Virus record (IMG/VR): IMGVR_UViG_3300023184_000042
Span: 32,001-96,000 of that record
Origin: a virus
DNA length: 64,000 nucleotides
Strand: one strand, 5' to 3'
This document shows positions 25,380 to 35,945 of this stretch, piece after piece. The position numbers and the translations under genes were made by a program. The notes beneath the pieces were generated by a model. The model was not told where the DNA came from. It ran no database searches and worked only from the letters and a program-made list of their open reading frames with translations. The stretch's first letter is position 1. The number at the start of each line of letters is the position of its first letter.

Positions 25380-27254
25380 ATGACACAGACTAAAAAAGAT
25401 ATAAGATATCTTAATAAAGATTTTGGACAGTTCAGAGCAAACTTAATTGAGTTTGCAAAAAATTATTTTCCAAATACTTACAACGATTTTAATGAAACCT
25501 CTCCTGGTATGATGTTTATAGAAATGGCATCTTATGTAGGCGACGTTTTATCATATTATACGGATAATCAATTAAAAGAATCGTTTTTGCAATTTGCAGA
25601 TAATAGGCCTAACATTTTAGCATTAGCACAAAATGTAGGATATAAAACAAAAAACACAATTCCGTCAACAGTTGATTTAGATGTATTTCAATTACTTCCA
25701 GCAAAAAATAGCGCAGAAGGAAAAGTGCCTGATTGGGCTTACACTCTTACATTGAAAGAAAATATGATAATAAGAGATGATAAAACTAATTCAGAGTTTA
25801 GAACGTTATCTTTAGTAAATTTTTCAGTATCTAGTAGTTTTAATCCAACAGAAATTTCTGTATATCAAGTTAATGATGTTGATAATACTCCTGAATATTA
25901 TTTATTAAAAAAGAAAGTTAAAACAATAGCAGGTACAATTCAAACTAAAACTTTTAATTTTGGAAATGCTAAAAGGTTTGATAAAATATTAATTGAAGAC
26001 ACTGATATTATAGAAGTTCTATCAATCACAGACTCTGATAATAATGAATGGATTGAAGTTCCATTTTTAGCTCAAGATATGGTATTTGAAACTATTTCAA
26101 ATACTGTACAAAATGATCCGGAGTTGTCAGCGTATAATGACGTTCCATATCTTTTAAAATTGAAAAAAACTGCTAGAAGATATATAACTAAATTTCGTTC
26201 TGATAAAAATTTAGAAATACAATTTGGACCGGGAGTATCGGATAACGACGATCAAGAATTAATTCCTAATCCTGATAATGTAGGTTCTAGTTTAAATGGA
26301 TTACAAATTCAATTTGATCATCCTATAGATCCTTCAAACTTTATGTATACTAAAACATATGGTATAGCTCCTTCTAATACAACATTAACCGTTAAATATA
26401 CGACAGGTGGAGGACTTAAATCTAATGTATCTGCAAATACATTAAAAAATATTGCTTCTATAGAATATCAAATAGACTCACAAAATTTAGATCCTACATT
26501 AATAGGTAGAATCAAAGCTTCAGTTGCATGTACCAATCCAACTCCAGCAGCTGGAGGTAAAAGTGAAGAAACTTTAGAAGAGATTAGACAAAATGCAATG
26601 GCTACTTTTGCTACTCAACAAAGAGCAATTACTGCACAAGATTATATTATTAGATGTTATTCATTACCTCCTAAATTTGGGTCTGTTGCAAAAGCATATG
26701 TAATTCAAGATCAGCAAATTAATCCTGATAATGGACAGCAAATGATTAATAATCCATTAGCAATTAATTTATATACTTTAGGTTATAATAAAGATGGTAA
26801 TTTAGTTGAATTGAACCCAGCAGTAAAAGAAAATTTAAAAACGTATATTAACCAATATAGAATGTTAACTGATGCTGTAAATATTAAAACAGCGTTTGTA
26901 ATTAATATTGGGATAACGTTTGAAATTATTACTTTACCTGAATATAATTCAAATGAAGTTCTAATTAAATGTGTTGATAAAATGAAGTCAATATTTGACA
27001 GTAAAATGTGGCAAATTAATCAGCCAATAGTAATGTCAAAAATATATACTGAGTTAGATAGAGTTGAAGGTGTTCAATCAGTTACTTCAGTAAAAATATT
27101 AAATTTATATAATACCACAGACGGTTATTCAGGAAATGTATATGATATTCCAGCTGCGACAAAAGCAGGAGTAATTTATCCTTCATTAGACCCAAGTGTT
27201 TTCGAAGTAAAATATCCTAACTCAGATATAGTAGGTAAAGTCGTTTCTCTATAA
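25380..27254 (+). CDS. baseplate wedge subunit (gp6/J-like)
   Basis: YLNKDF, SYVGDVLSYY, GGKSEETLEEIR, QRAITAQDY. Confidence 0.9.
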   Translation: MTQTKKDIRYLNKDFGQFRANLIEFAKNYFPNTYNDFNETSPGMMFIEMASYVGDVLSYYTDNQLKESFLQFADNRPNILALAQNVGYKTKNTIPSTVDLDVFQLLPAKNSAEGKVPDWAYTLTLKENMIIRDDKTNSEFRTLSLVNFSVSSSFNPTEISVYQVNDVDNTPEYYLLKKKVKTIAGTIQTKTFNFGNAKRFDKILIEDTDIIEVLSITDSDNNEWIEVPFLAQDMVFETISNTVQNDPELSAYNDVPYLLKLKKTARRYITKFRSDKNLEIQFGPGVSDNDDQELIPNPDNVGSSLNGLQIQFDHPIDPSNFMYTKTYGIAPSNTTLTVKYTTGGGLKSNVSANTLKNIASIEYQIDSQNLDPTLIGRIKASVACTNPTPAAGGKSEETLEEIRQNAMATFATQQRAITAQDYIIRCYSLPPKFGSVAKAYVIQDQQINPDNGQQMINNPLAINLYTLGYNKDGNLVELNPAVKENLKTYINQYRMLTDAVNIKTAFVINIGITFEIITLPEYNSNEVLIKCVDKMKSIFDSKMWQINQPIVMSKIYTELDRVEGVQSVTSVKILNLYNTTDGYSGNVYDIPAATKAGVIYPSLDPSVFEVKYPNSDIVGKVVSL

Positions 27255-27265
27255 AAAATTAAATT

Positions 27266-28372
27266 ATGATTTGGTCAATACCAGCATTACAAGATACAAC
27301 CATATATGAAAAAGATCAGTATAGAAATGCAGGTCTAGATCAAATATTAGAACTTCGAAGAGAAGGAAATTTTACTACTAGCAGTTTTACAGAATCTAGG
27401 ATATTAATGAAATTTGATATTTCACAATTACCTACAATATTATCACAAAACGGAATTTCTATAAATGATATATCTGCTAGTTTAAAATTATACACTGCTC
27501 AAGAATATGAACTACCAGCAACTCGTACGATAGAAGTAAAAGCTTTAGTAAATAATTGGAAAAATGGGTCTGGATTTCATTATTTCCCTGCAGGAATTCA
27601 AAATTCAGATTCAACTACAGACGGAGCAACTTGGATTACTACTCAAGGCACTGGATCTGCAATATGGTCAACAGGATCTGGTATTGATACTAATTATAAC
27701 AAAAATCCAGGAGGAGCTTCTTGGTATACTTCTTCTATAGTATCACAATCATTTAGTTACAAAACTCAAGATGATGTTAATTTAGATGTAACTCAAATAG
27801 TAAAAAATTGGGTTAATAATGTATATGACAATAATGGAGTTGCAATTACATTAAAAAATTCAGAATTAACAGGTTCAAATATACCTAATACAAATATTCA
27901 ATTTCATTCCTGCGATACTCATACAGTATACGAACCTCATTTATACATTAGCTGGACTGGAAGTTTAACATATTCAACAGGTAGCTTAGGAGCAATGACT
28001 TTTGAAGACGACCCAATTGTATATGTAAGATCATTCAATGCAGAATTTTTAAAAGATAAAAAGAACAGAATTTTAATTGCATCTAGACCTAAATATCCTA
28101 GACCTGCATTTACTCAAAATTCTACTTTTGCTGGAATTAAAGCATTGCCTAAAAACTCGTATTATCAAATTAAAGATGCTCATAATGATCAAATAATTAT
28201 TCCTTATAGCGAAGCAACTAAAATTAATACAAACACTTCAGGAAGTTATTTTGATTTTTACACTACAATGATGTATCCTGAAAGATATTATAAATTTGAA
28301 ATTCAAGCAAATTTCACAGACTTTACAGATTACTTTTCATCAAATGAATTTATTTTTAAAATAGTTAAATAA
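27266..28372 (+). CDS. baseplate-associated protein (DNRLRE-like beta domain)
   Basis: DTTIYE, NAGLDQILE, SRILMKFD, LDVTQIV. Confidence 0.6.
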   Translation: MIWSIPALQDTTIYEKDQYRNAGLDQILELRREGNFTTSSFTESRILMKFDISQLPTILSQNGISINDISASLKLYTAQEYELPATRTIEVKALVNNWKNGSGFHYFPAGIQNSDSTTDGATWITTQGTGSAIWSTGSGIDTNYNKNPGGASWYTSSIVSQSFSYKTQDDVNLDVTQIVKNWVNNVYDNNGVAITLKNSELTGSNIPNTNIQFHSCDTHTVYEPHLYISWTGSLTYSTGSLGAMTFEDDPIVYVRSFNAEFLKDKKNRILIASRPKYPRPAFTQNSTFAGIKALPKNSYYQIKDAHNDQIIIPYSEATKINTNTSGSYFDFYTTMMYPERYYKFEIQANFTDFTDYFSSNEFIFKIVK

Positions 28373-28373
28373 A

Positions 28374-29762
28374 ATGGCAATATACGAATTACATGAATTT
28401 GATAAAGATAAAGTATTTACTGGAGAAATTAAACCTTCAAAAGTAGCACATATAAAATATAATCCTTACGAAAAAAATTCTGTAGGGCAGACTGTTATTG
28501 ATATTAATAAAGATTTAAGTCATGTTAGAAATTTTATAAACTTAAATACTACCAAAGCTTCTCAAGAAAAATTTAATCAAGTTGTTGATATTGAAATTAA
28601 AGAATTTTTACCTACTTTAATCGACACTACTATTACAGATTTATCTAATAAAGTTTCTGAATTAGAAGGAGTTAAAGCAGAACTTGAAACAATTCATGTA
28701 TTACATACAGAAAAAATAGATAGATTAAATAATCAAATTGCAACGCTAGAAGCTAAAGCAACAATGACACCTAAGGTATTAGTTAATAAAATACCTGATA
28801 CATTATTAGCAAAAAGTACATTAGTATCTAGTACTGCTAAAGATAGGTTGCTATCTAAAGGTAGACAAGCTATAGCAGTTATTGAAGCTACAGGAAACTT
28901 TACAATATATACAGGAGAGTTTGATGAAAATGGTATACCATTGCCAAATACCACTCCAGAAATTCAATTTCAAAAATCAGTTATTGACAGTGATCAAGTT
29001 AGTTTTGTAAATAGATCATATCCATCATGGGGTTCATTTATAAATACATATGGAATTTGGCCATCAACATCTAATGAAGAAAACACAAACGGCACCTTTA
29101 AAAGATATGTATATATAGAAAAAGACGGTAATTATGGATTTAATACAACTGCTGACAATGCATGTACTGTCTATATAGATAATGTAAAAGTTGCTACGGG
29201 CGAATCATTCAGAGCTAATATACCTAACGTAACTAGTCAAAAAGTTTTATTAACTAAAGGATGGCATGCATTGAAAATTGCATATTATAATGAAACTGGC
29301 CCTGGAGGGTTTGCTTTAACAATCACAGCGCCAGACGGACCGTTAGTGCCAGTAACAAAACAAGTTACTACTAAAGAGTGGGTAAGAGATACAATGGGCG
29401 GTCAATACGGATTTGGCTTTCAGGAATATAAAGATGTTACTAAAACAGTTACTGTAAATGAACCATCTCCGAAAGGTGGAATAATATGGGATACTAGAAC
29501 ATATAAAGCAGCAGATTCTAGAAACTCAACACTTCCTATAGAAGCGAATGGAGCTCCTTACGTAATGTGGATATATCCAGGAGCTACAGATAACGACGGT
29601 CTAGGTCAAATTGAATTAGCTAAAACTAAACCTTCTTGGGAGTTAATGTGGGGTTCAGGAAGAACTAAATTATCAAAATTAGCAAAAGTCGTTTTAGATG
29701 ATAATGGTATTTTAAACCTATATGAAGGAAAATACTTAGTGTGGTCATCATACGCATTTTAA
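28374..29762 (+). CDS. virion protein with coiled coil and PA14-like domain
   Basis: TADNACTVYID...LTKGWHALKIAYYNETGPGG. Confidence 0.65.
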   Translation: MAIYELHEFDKDKVFTGEIKPSKVAHIKYNPYEKNSVGQTVIDINKDLSHVRNFINLNTTKASQEKFNQVVDIEIKEFLPTLIDTTITDLSNKVSELEGVKAELETIHVLHTEKIDRLNNQIATLEAKATMTPKVLVNKIPDTLLAKSTLVSSTAKDRLLSKGRQAIAVIEATGNFTIYTGEFDENGIPLPNTTPEIQFQKSVIDSDQVSFVNRSYPSWGSFINTYGIWPSTSNEENTNGTFKRYVYIEKDGNYGFNTTADNACTVYIDNVKVATGESFRANIPNVTSQKVLLTKGWHALKIAYYNETGPGGFALTITAPDGPLVPVTKQVTTKEWVRDTMGGQYGFGFQEYKDVTKTVTVNEPSPKGGIIWDTRTYKAADSRNSTLPIEANGAPYVMWIYPGATDNDGLGQIELAKTKPSWELMWGSGRTKLSKLAKVVLDDNGILNLYEGKYLVWSSYAF

Positions 29763-29808
29763 TACCTACAATCTTTAACTTTAATATTTATATTAAAGAC
29801 AAATATAA

Positions 29809-32800
29809 ATGCTGACAGTTTACACAAATCAGAATGAAATTCTAAAATCAACCGGAGCTACTCAAGGTTCTAGGTTAGAAACTGTTGATAAAGAACTTCT
29901 TGATGTAAGGAATTTCGCTATTACATTTAATAAAGGAACTCTCCCTAATTTAGAGATGCACGTCTATACACCAGACGGAGTATATTTAACAGGAAATCAC
30001 AAAACTTTATACAAGATTGAAAACAATGATACTACCTCTCAAAAGGTAGCATATCAACATTTATCAATAGACAATGTAAAAGAGTTAGATGCTTTAGGAA
30101 TTTCTAGAGGTCAGTATAAAATTGTATATAATTTATTTGATAACCTTTTAGGTTCATATGAAGGGCAAAAAGCTTTTATAAAAGAAATATCTCCTTCTAG
30201 AAGAGAATTAAGAGTTCAGCTATCACAATCAAGTCCAGGTCTTTTATCTCAATTAAAATCTTTTAAAAATAGATGGGAGCAATTAACTAATGATGATATT
30301 TTTGATTCATTTGTTATTAACTTTGGATTTAACGAAACTTATCAAATTATTAATTTAAGATTTGATACAGATTCTGACATACCTGAAATTGTCGTAAAAC
30401 TTTACGAGCCACTTACTTCTAAATTTGGAGAAAAATCTAAAATTTGGTTTTCGGAAGAAATTTTAGTACCTATAATAGAGTCTGTATCTATTGTACCAAA
30501 ACATATAGGAGACCCTGTTAATACATTAGCTGCTCCTAATTTTGAATTAGAAGGAACTGACGGAGGTTCAATTGCTACTAATTTTAAATCTTGGAATGAT
30601 TTACTATCTGAAAATATGTCTACTTCTCAACAGCTAGTAGATAACTATTTTTCAGGGTCTTTATCTGGAATTAAATTACATATAAATTACAGAGACTTTT
30701 CTAGCTTTATTCATTATGGGTCAGCAGTAGAAAGAGTTAAGAATTTCAAATATAAATTAGAGTTAATTGAATATTTTACAGGACAATTAGATTCTTTAAA
30801 ATCTATAGGAGATACTGAAGTCGTTAATGTTAATATACAAGACACTTATCAAAAACGAAACCGAGTAGTTTCAGGATTCGATGATTTTGAAAAATATTTA
30901 TTTTTTGAAAATTCAGGAAGTGCATTATATTCTCATGTAGATAATACTTCAGGTTCTATTAATCCATGGCCTAAAAAAGGAATTTCAAATACTACTTATA
31001 CTTGGGCAGCTGCTTTTGAATATTGGAGTCAAGCTTACACGACATGGAATACATATGCTTCATATGATCCTTATAGTTATTTCGCAGACATAGCAGAAAC
31101 AACATCTACTGCGGGTACAGACTATTACTATAATTTGCTAGAACAAGCTGAAATCTACGATAAATTTAATGTGCATGCCTTAACAAATACAGTGCCAATG
31201 CAAATTCAAAATTCGTCTGATGGTGAAGATTATGCATTGTTTGTAAACATGATATCGCAGCATTTTGATATTTTATGGACTTACATTAATAATTTAACTT
31301 CTATAAAATATAGAGAAGAACACCCTAAAGATGGTATGCCTGATGATTTACTTTATCACGTTGCAAACTCAATGGGATTCAGTCTATTAAATGGTAAATC
31401 TACTTCTGAATTATGGAAATATTCGTTAGGTACAAATTCAGACGGAACTTTAAATTCAGATTCAATAGCAAATGTTAATACTTTATCTGACGAATCTAAT
31501 ACCAAAGAAGTTTGGAGAAGAATTGTAAATAATTTACCTTATATATTAAAAACAAAAGGAACGTCTAGAGCAATTAAAGCTTTAATGACCTGTTTTGGTA
31601 TACCACAATCCGTATTAACTATTAAAGAATATGGCGGGCCTTCTACATTCACAGACAATGACCATTTTCCAGAATATGTTCATGATGTGTATCATAAAGC
31701 ATGGAATGCAAATGGATTAACTAATTTACGTCTCCCAGGAAATAATTTAGATAACGGGACTGGAACTTTAGTAACTCCTAATACATTAGAATTTAGATTT
31801 AAAACAGATAATAATTATACATATGACTATGGCAATTCATATACAATATTACAAACACAAAATAGTGTCGTAACATTACAACGTCAAAATAATTACAATA
31901 ATTTAGGTTCAATAATTTATACTGATAGTACTAATACTATTCAAGTTAATAATCTAGAAATATTTGATAACAGCTGGCATTTGTTAACAATAGATCAAAC
32001 TAACGGTACTATCACTGTAAAAGTAGCTAAATCATTATACGGTAAAACGATCTATATAAATTCAGGTTCATGCCTTCAATTCTTACCAGTTTTTAGTAAT
32101 GCAAATCCAATTGAATTTGGGTATGCATTTAAAGGTCATATACATGAAATTAGATTATGGTCTGGTTCGTTAGATGATAATACTCTTATTGAACATGCAC
32201 AATCTCCTGCATCTTATACATATGATGTTAATAGACATACTCGAGCAACGGGTGAAGAATCTTTAAACCCATATAAACATTTATTGCAAAGATTTACATT
32301 ATCAGATTCTAATTTTACAAATGGAAATTATTTTTATTCCACTCATCCAAATCAAACTATAAACATAAGTGGGTCAGGAGCACATCTTTATGTAACCTCA
32401 CCTAGTAATTTTGTTTTAGAAGGATTTGAAGAAACGTATCATACGCCATCTCCTTCGCTAGGAGGTTCAAGTTTATATACAAACAAAGTACGAATTGAAT
32501 CTTCTTCATTAGACCCTAATAAAAGATTAAATACTAAAACAAGGGTAGAAAAATCTTCATACGACAGATATTCTGTAGATTCAAATAGAGTAGGCGTTTA
32601 CTTTTCTCCTCAGACTGCAATTAATGAAGATATATTCAATCAATTAGGATATTTTGAAATTGACGATTATATTGGAGATCCAGGAGATACTTACAATGAA
32701 TCATACAGTGAGTTAACTACCTTTGCTAAAGACTATTGGTTAAAATATGAAAATCGAAATGACTTTGAAGCTTATTTCCGAGCTTTAGAAATTTATGATT

Positions 32801-33726
32801 TTACTTTGTTTAAGTACATTAAAAAATTACTTCCACAAAGGTCAAATGCAGTGGTAGGTTTAGTTGTAGAACCTAACGTTTTAGAACGAAGTAGAGTAAG
32901 ATTAAATAGAAAACCTACCATTGAAGATTTAACTCATGAGACAGTCGTTGCTGAATTCAATCTTCCGATGGGTATGGAATATGAAGATTTATTAGGAGCT
33001 GTTGAAGAAACAATTTTACCTCCTAATTTTGATTATGATGCTGATAAACAAGCTGTATTAAATGGCATTCAATTAGATACTAATATAGATTATGATAATA
33101 TAGGCCAAGCAGAATTGTCTGGAATTGCGTTAGAATACTTAATGGATTATGATGCTAATAAACAAGGATTGATATTAAATGCAGGAGTGCCTGTATTAAC
33201 CGACTCTAAAATAGATAAAGCTAAAAACGGAACAATTTCTAGAAAATTAACATCTACAGGAACAGTATCTAATATACCTAAAACTACAATATCAACTAAA
33301 ATTGATACTATTAATAAAACGGGTAATTCATGGATTCAAAATAGATATGTTGGTCAATATAAATTGACACAATCTGGTTCATATAGCCCAATACAAAAAT
33401 TCGTGTCTGGTTCTAGACAATCGAACACATTACAAAAATTGAATTATTTTTATAGCACAGCTGCTTCAGCCTCAGCACAAAAACCATATTCAGCTTCATA
33501 TTCATATGCTGATGTACATAGAGAACCATCAGCCGGTTGGAGAAACGCTAGATACTCTGGATGCAAATTATCAGCAGCTGCAATTAACGTTAATTCAGCA
33601 GAAACTGTAGACGGTGGACCTGTAGTTAAAGTAACTAAAGTTAATCCAAATAAAATTGTATTTGCAAATGGTCAGTTAACAACCGTCGACGAGGCAAACA
33701 CAGGAATTAAAAAGAAATCAATTTAA
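29809..33726 (+). CDS. large baseplate wedge protein (gp7-like) with LamG insert
   Basis: KTKGTSRAIKALMTCFG tail-P2-I-like motif; WHLLTI and FKGHIHEIRLW. Confidence 0.7.
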   Translation: MLTVYTNQNEILKSTGATQGSRLETVDKELLDVRNFAITFNKGTLPNLEMHVYTPDGVYLTGNHKTLYKIENNDTTSQKVAYQHLSIDNVKELDALGISRGQYKIVYNLFDNLLGSYEGQKAFIKEISPSRRELRVQLSQSSPGLLSQLKSFKNRWEQLTNDDIFDSFVINFGFNETYQIINLRFDTDSDIPEIVVKLYEPLTSKFGEKSKIWFSEEILVPIIESVSIVPKHIGDPVNTLAAPNFELEGTDGGSIATNFKSWNDLLSENMSTSQQLVDNYFSGSLSGIKLHINYRDFSSFIHYGSAVERVKNFKYKLELIEYFTGQLDSLKSIGDTEVVNVNIQDTYQKRNRVVSGFDDFEKYLFFENSGSALYSHVDNTSGSINPWPKKGISNTTYTWAAAFEYWSQAYTTWNTYASYDPYSYFADIAETTSTAGTDYYYNLLEQAEIYDKFNVHALTNTVPMQIQNSSDGEDYALFVNMISQHFDILWTYINNLTSIKYREEHPKDGMPDDLLYHVANSMGFSLLNGKSTSELWKYSLGTNSDGTLNSDSIANVNTLSDESNTKEVWRRIVNNLPYILKTKGTSRAIKALMTCFGIPQSVLTIKEYGGPSTFTDNDHFPEYVHDVYHKAWNANGLTNLRLPGNNLDNGTGTLVTPNTLEFRFKTDNNYTYDYGNSYTILQTQNSVVTLQRQNNYNNLGSIIYTDSTNTIQVNNLEIFDNSWHLLTIDQTNGTITVKVAKSLYGKTIYINSGSCLQFLPVFSNANPIEFGYAFKGHIHEIRLWSGSLDDNTLIEHAQSPASYTYDVNRHTRATGEESLNPYKHLLQRFTLSDSNFTNGNYFYSTHPNQTINISGSGAHLYVTSPSNFVLEGFEETYHTPSPSLGGSSLYTNKVRIESSSLDPNKRLNTKTRVEKSSYDRYSVDSNRVGVYFSPQTAINEDIFNQLGYFEIDDYIGDPGDTYNESYSELTTFAKDYWLKYENRNDFEAYFRALEIYDFTLFKYIKKLLPQRSNAVVGLVVEPNVLERSRVRLNRKPTIEDLTHETVVAEFNLPMGMEYEDLLGAVEETILPPNFDYDADKQAVLNGIQLDTNIDYDNIGQAELSGIALEYLMDYDANKQGLILNAGVPVLTDSKIDKAKNGTISRKLTSTGTVSNIPKTTISTKIDTINKTGNSWIQNRYVGQYKLTQSGSYSPIQKFVSGSRQSNTLQKLNYFYSTAASASAQKPYSASYSYADVHREPSAGWRNARYSGCKLSAAAINVNSAETVDGGPVVKVTKVNPNKIVFANGQLTTVDEANTGIKKKSI

Positions 33727-33779
33727 AATAAAAACTTAGATTTTTAAACATTACATATTTATTTAAAAGAAATTATATT

Positions 33780-34457
33780 ATGGGATACTTAAATAATAGC
33801 ACGATTACTGTCGACGCAATTCTAACAAAAAAGGGTAGAGAATTGCTAGCACGCGGTAAAGATGAATTTAAAATTACTCAATTTGCGTTAGCTGATGACG
33901 AAATTGATTACGATTTGTGGAACCCTGCACATCCATTAGGAACTAATTACTATGGAATTATTATTGAAAATATGCCGTTGGTAGAAGCAACAGCTGACGA
34001 ATCAAATATTATGCGTTATAAATTGGTAACATTACCAAAGAAAACTGCAAGAATACCTGTTATTTCAGTATCACAAACTTCTGCGACACTAACTTCTCCA
34101 GGTCAAGTATTCTCAATTGTTCCAACTACAACTAACTTTACTTCAGGTAATGCAACTTTAGGATATACTGCAATTTTATCTAATTCAGATGTATGTTCAT
34201 TACAAGTTGTTAGTCCAGTAATGGCAGGTGTTAGCCCAACAGTACCTAGATTTATTGGGGATGCAGAAGCTGCGACATCAGTATCAGCAGTTGGATTTAG
34301 CTTTAATATTATTGCAAAACAACAATTAGTTTCAGACGTAAGTGCAACAATTACATTAATTGGAAACGAAACAGGAGGAAGAACTACAGTAACAGTAACA
34401 GTTAAGAAAACATCATTAGCAACCTCAACAGGTACGCCAATTACTAATGCTAGATAA
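33780..34457 (+). CDS. baseplate/tail structural protein
   Basis: VDAILTKKGRELLA..FALADDEIDY. Confidence 0.7.
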   Translation: MGYLNNSTITVDAILTKKGRELLARGKDEFKITQFALADDEIDYDLWNPAHPLGTNYYGIIIENMPLVEATADESNIMRYKLVTLPKKTARIPVISVSQTSATLTSPGQVFSIVPTTTNFTSGNATLGYTAILSNSDVCSLQVVSPVMAGVSPTVPRFIGDAEAATSVSAVGFSFNIIAKQQLVSDVSATITLIGNETGGRTTVTVTVKKTSLATSTGTPITNAR

Positions 34458-34488
34458 ATTAATAATTTTAATTAAATAAAATACTAGT

Positions 34489-35919
34489 ATGATAAATATA
34501 GCAGCCTTAGAAGGTAAAGCAATAGGAACTAAAGAATCTGCAACAGTTTTTATAGTTCAAAACGGCAGAAAATTCGGATTTAATAGTCAAAATGGATATG
34601 ATACATATGCAAAACTAAACCCGGGTTTAGGTCTAGGTCCTACATTCGGGCCAGGCTCAACAGTTTTAATTGTTACTGCAACAGATGCCGCGTCAATACC
34701 TGATGGAGGATTTGTTAATGATCAAGGTATACTAATACCTAATGACCCTGTGCCAACAGAAAAAATGCAAAATGAGTTAGAGCAAAGAGCTTTTGGAATG
34801 GCAAATGAAATGGTAAAACAGATCAGAATGCAGCAGCAAGTAGCCGCTTCAGGAAGAGTATTTACTAGATTTGAACCAGTATCTGATATATTAGAAAACC
34901 AACAAGTTCAAGTAACTTCTGGATTGTTTTCTTCTAACGCCGCTACATTATCCGCTGTATTTACATCATCACTGCAATCAACCACTTCAAAAAATTATTA
35001 TTACGAGGCCTGGAACGGAATTGCAACTACATCAGAAGCTCAATTTTCAGTAGCTTATGGACATAGAAAAGGTTCAGGCTCTTCAGCAGCTGGAACACAA
35101 AATGACTCTCCATCAAGAGCAATATATTCACAATATAGATTGTTGCTATTGAATCCAGGAGACACTGTCTTTACATTTAAAGATGGTACATCATCAGATT
35201 CAATTTATGCAATTAATTATAACAGATCAAGAGTAAAAGATAGATTAGACCCAGGTAACTGGCAAATGACATTAGCTCAATTATCAGGTTCGACTGTACC
35301 AAACGCTTCACATACCGGTTCAAATGTTAAAGTACAAACATTGAATCCTAATTTTATTACATTAATTGATGATTCAGGAGATTTATATAATTTAGGTACT
35401 GCCGGAACAGGTAATGTATACAATATTGTATCAGGGTCGCTAGCAAATGGAATTTTTAATCCAACTGCGCCAGTATATTATGGATTAATGTATCCAACTT
35501 TTGGAGTAGCTATTCTTAACGACGTCGTATTAAATGCATCAGCTTCATTTAACTCAGTAACAGGTTCAAATATAGCAGGAGATAATGCATGGAAATTGTT
35601 TACTTCTATTTCCGGAGCATTTAGTGCAAATGCTACCAATTTTGCAATGCAAGCTAGAAATATTGAAACGATTACATCAACTCATTATTTCGTTCGTGTA
35701 AAAAATGGAGAATATAATTTTTCTAATAACCCAACATTTACGACAGGGTCTGTAGGAGAATTTGCTCAAGCTACATTTATTGGAGATCCTAAAACATATT
35801 TAACGACAATTGGTATGTATAATGATCGACAAGAACTGCTAGCAGTTGCTAAATTGTCTCAGCCAATTCAAAAATCATTTTCAGTTGAAACCTTAATTAA
35901 GGTTAAATTGGATTTCTAA
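34489..35919 (+). CDS. baseplate/tail structural protein, paralog A
   Basis: EYNFSNNPTF..IGMYNDRQELLAVAKLS..KLDF. Confidence 0.75.
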   Translation: MINIAALEGKAIGTKESATVFIVQNGRKFGFNSQNGYDTYAKLNPGLGLGPTFGPGSTVLIVTATDAASIPDGGFVNDQGILIPNDPVPTEKMQNELEQRAFGMANEMVKQIRMQQQVAASGRVFTRFEPVSDILENQQVQVTSGLFSSNAATLSAVFTSSLQSTTSKNYYYEAWNGIATTSEAQFSVAYGHRKGSGSSAAGTQNDSPSRAIYSQYRLLLLNPGDTVFTFKDGTSSDSIYAINYNRSRVKDRLDPGNWQMTLAQLSGSTVPNASHTGSNVKVQTLNPNFITLIDDSGDLYNLGTAGTGNVYNIVSGSLANGIFNPTAPVYYGLMYPTFGVAILNDVVLNASASFNSVTGSNIAGDNAWKLFTSISGAFSANATNFAMQARNIETITSTHYFVRVKNGEYNFSNNPTFTTGSVGEFAQATFIGDPKTYLTTIGMYNDRQELLAVAKLSQPIQKSFSVETLIKVKLDF

Positions 35920-35945
35920 TAACAATTAATTAATACAATATTAAT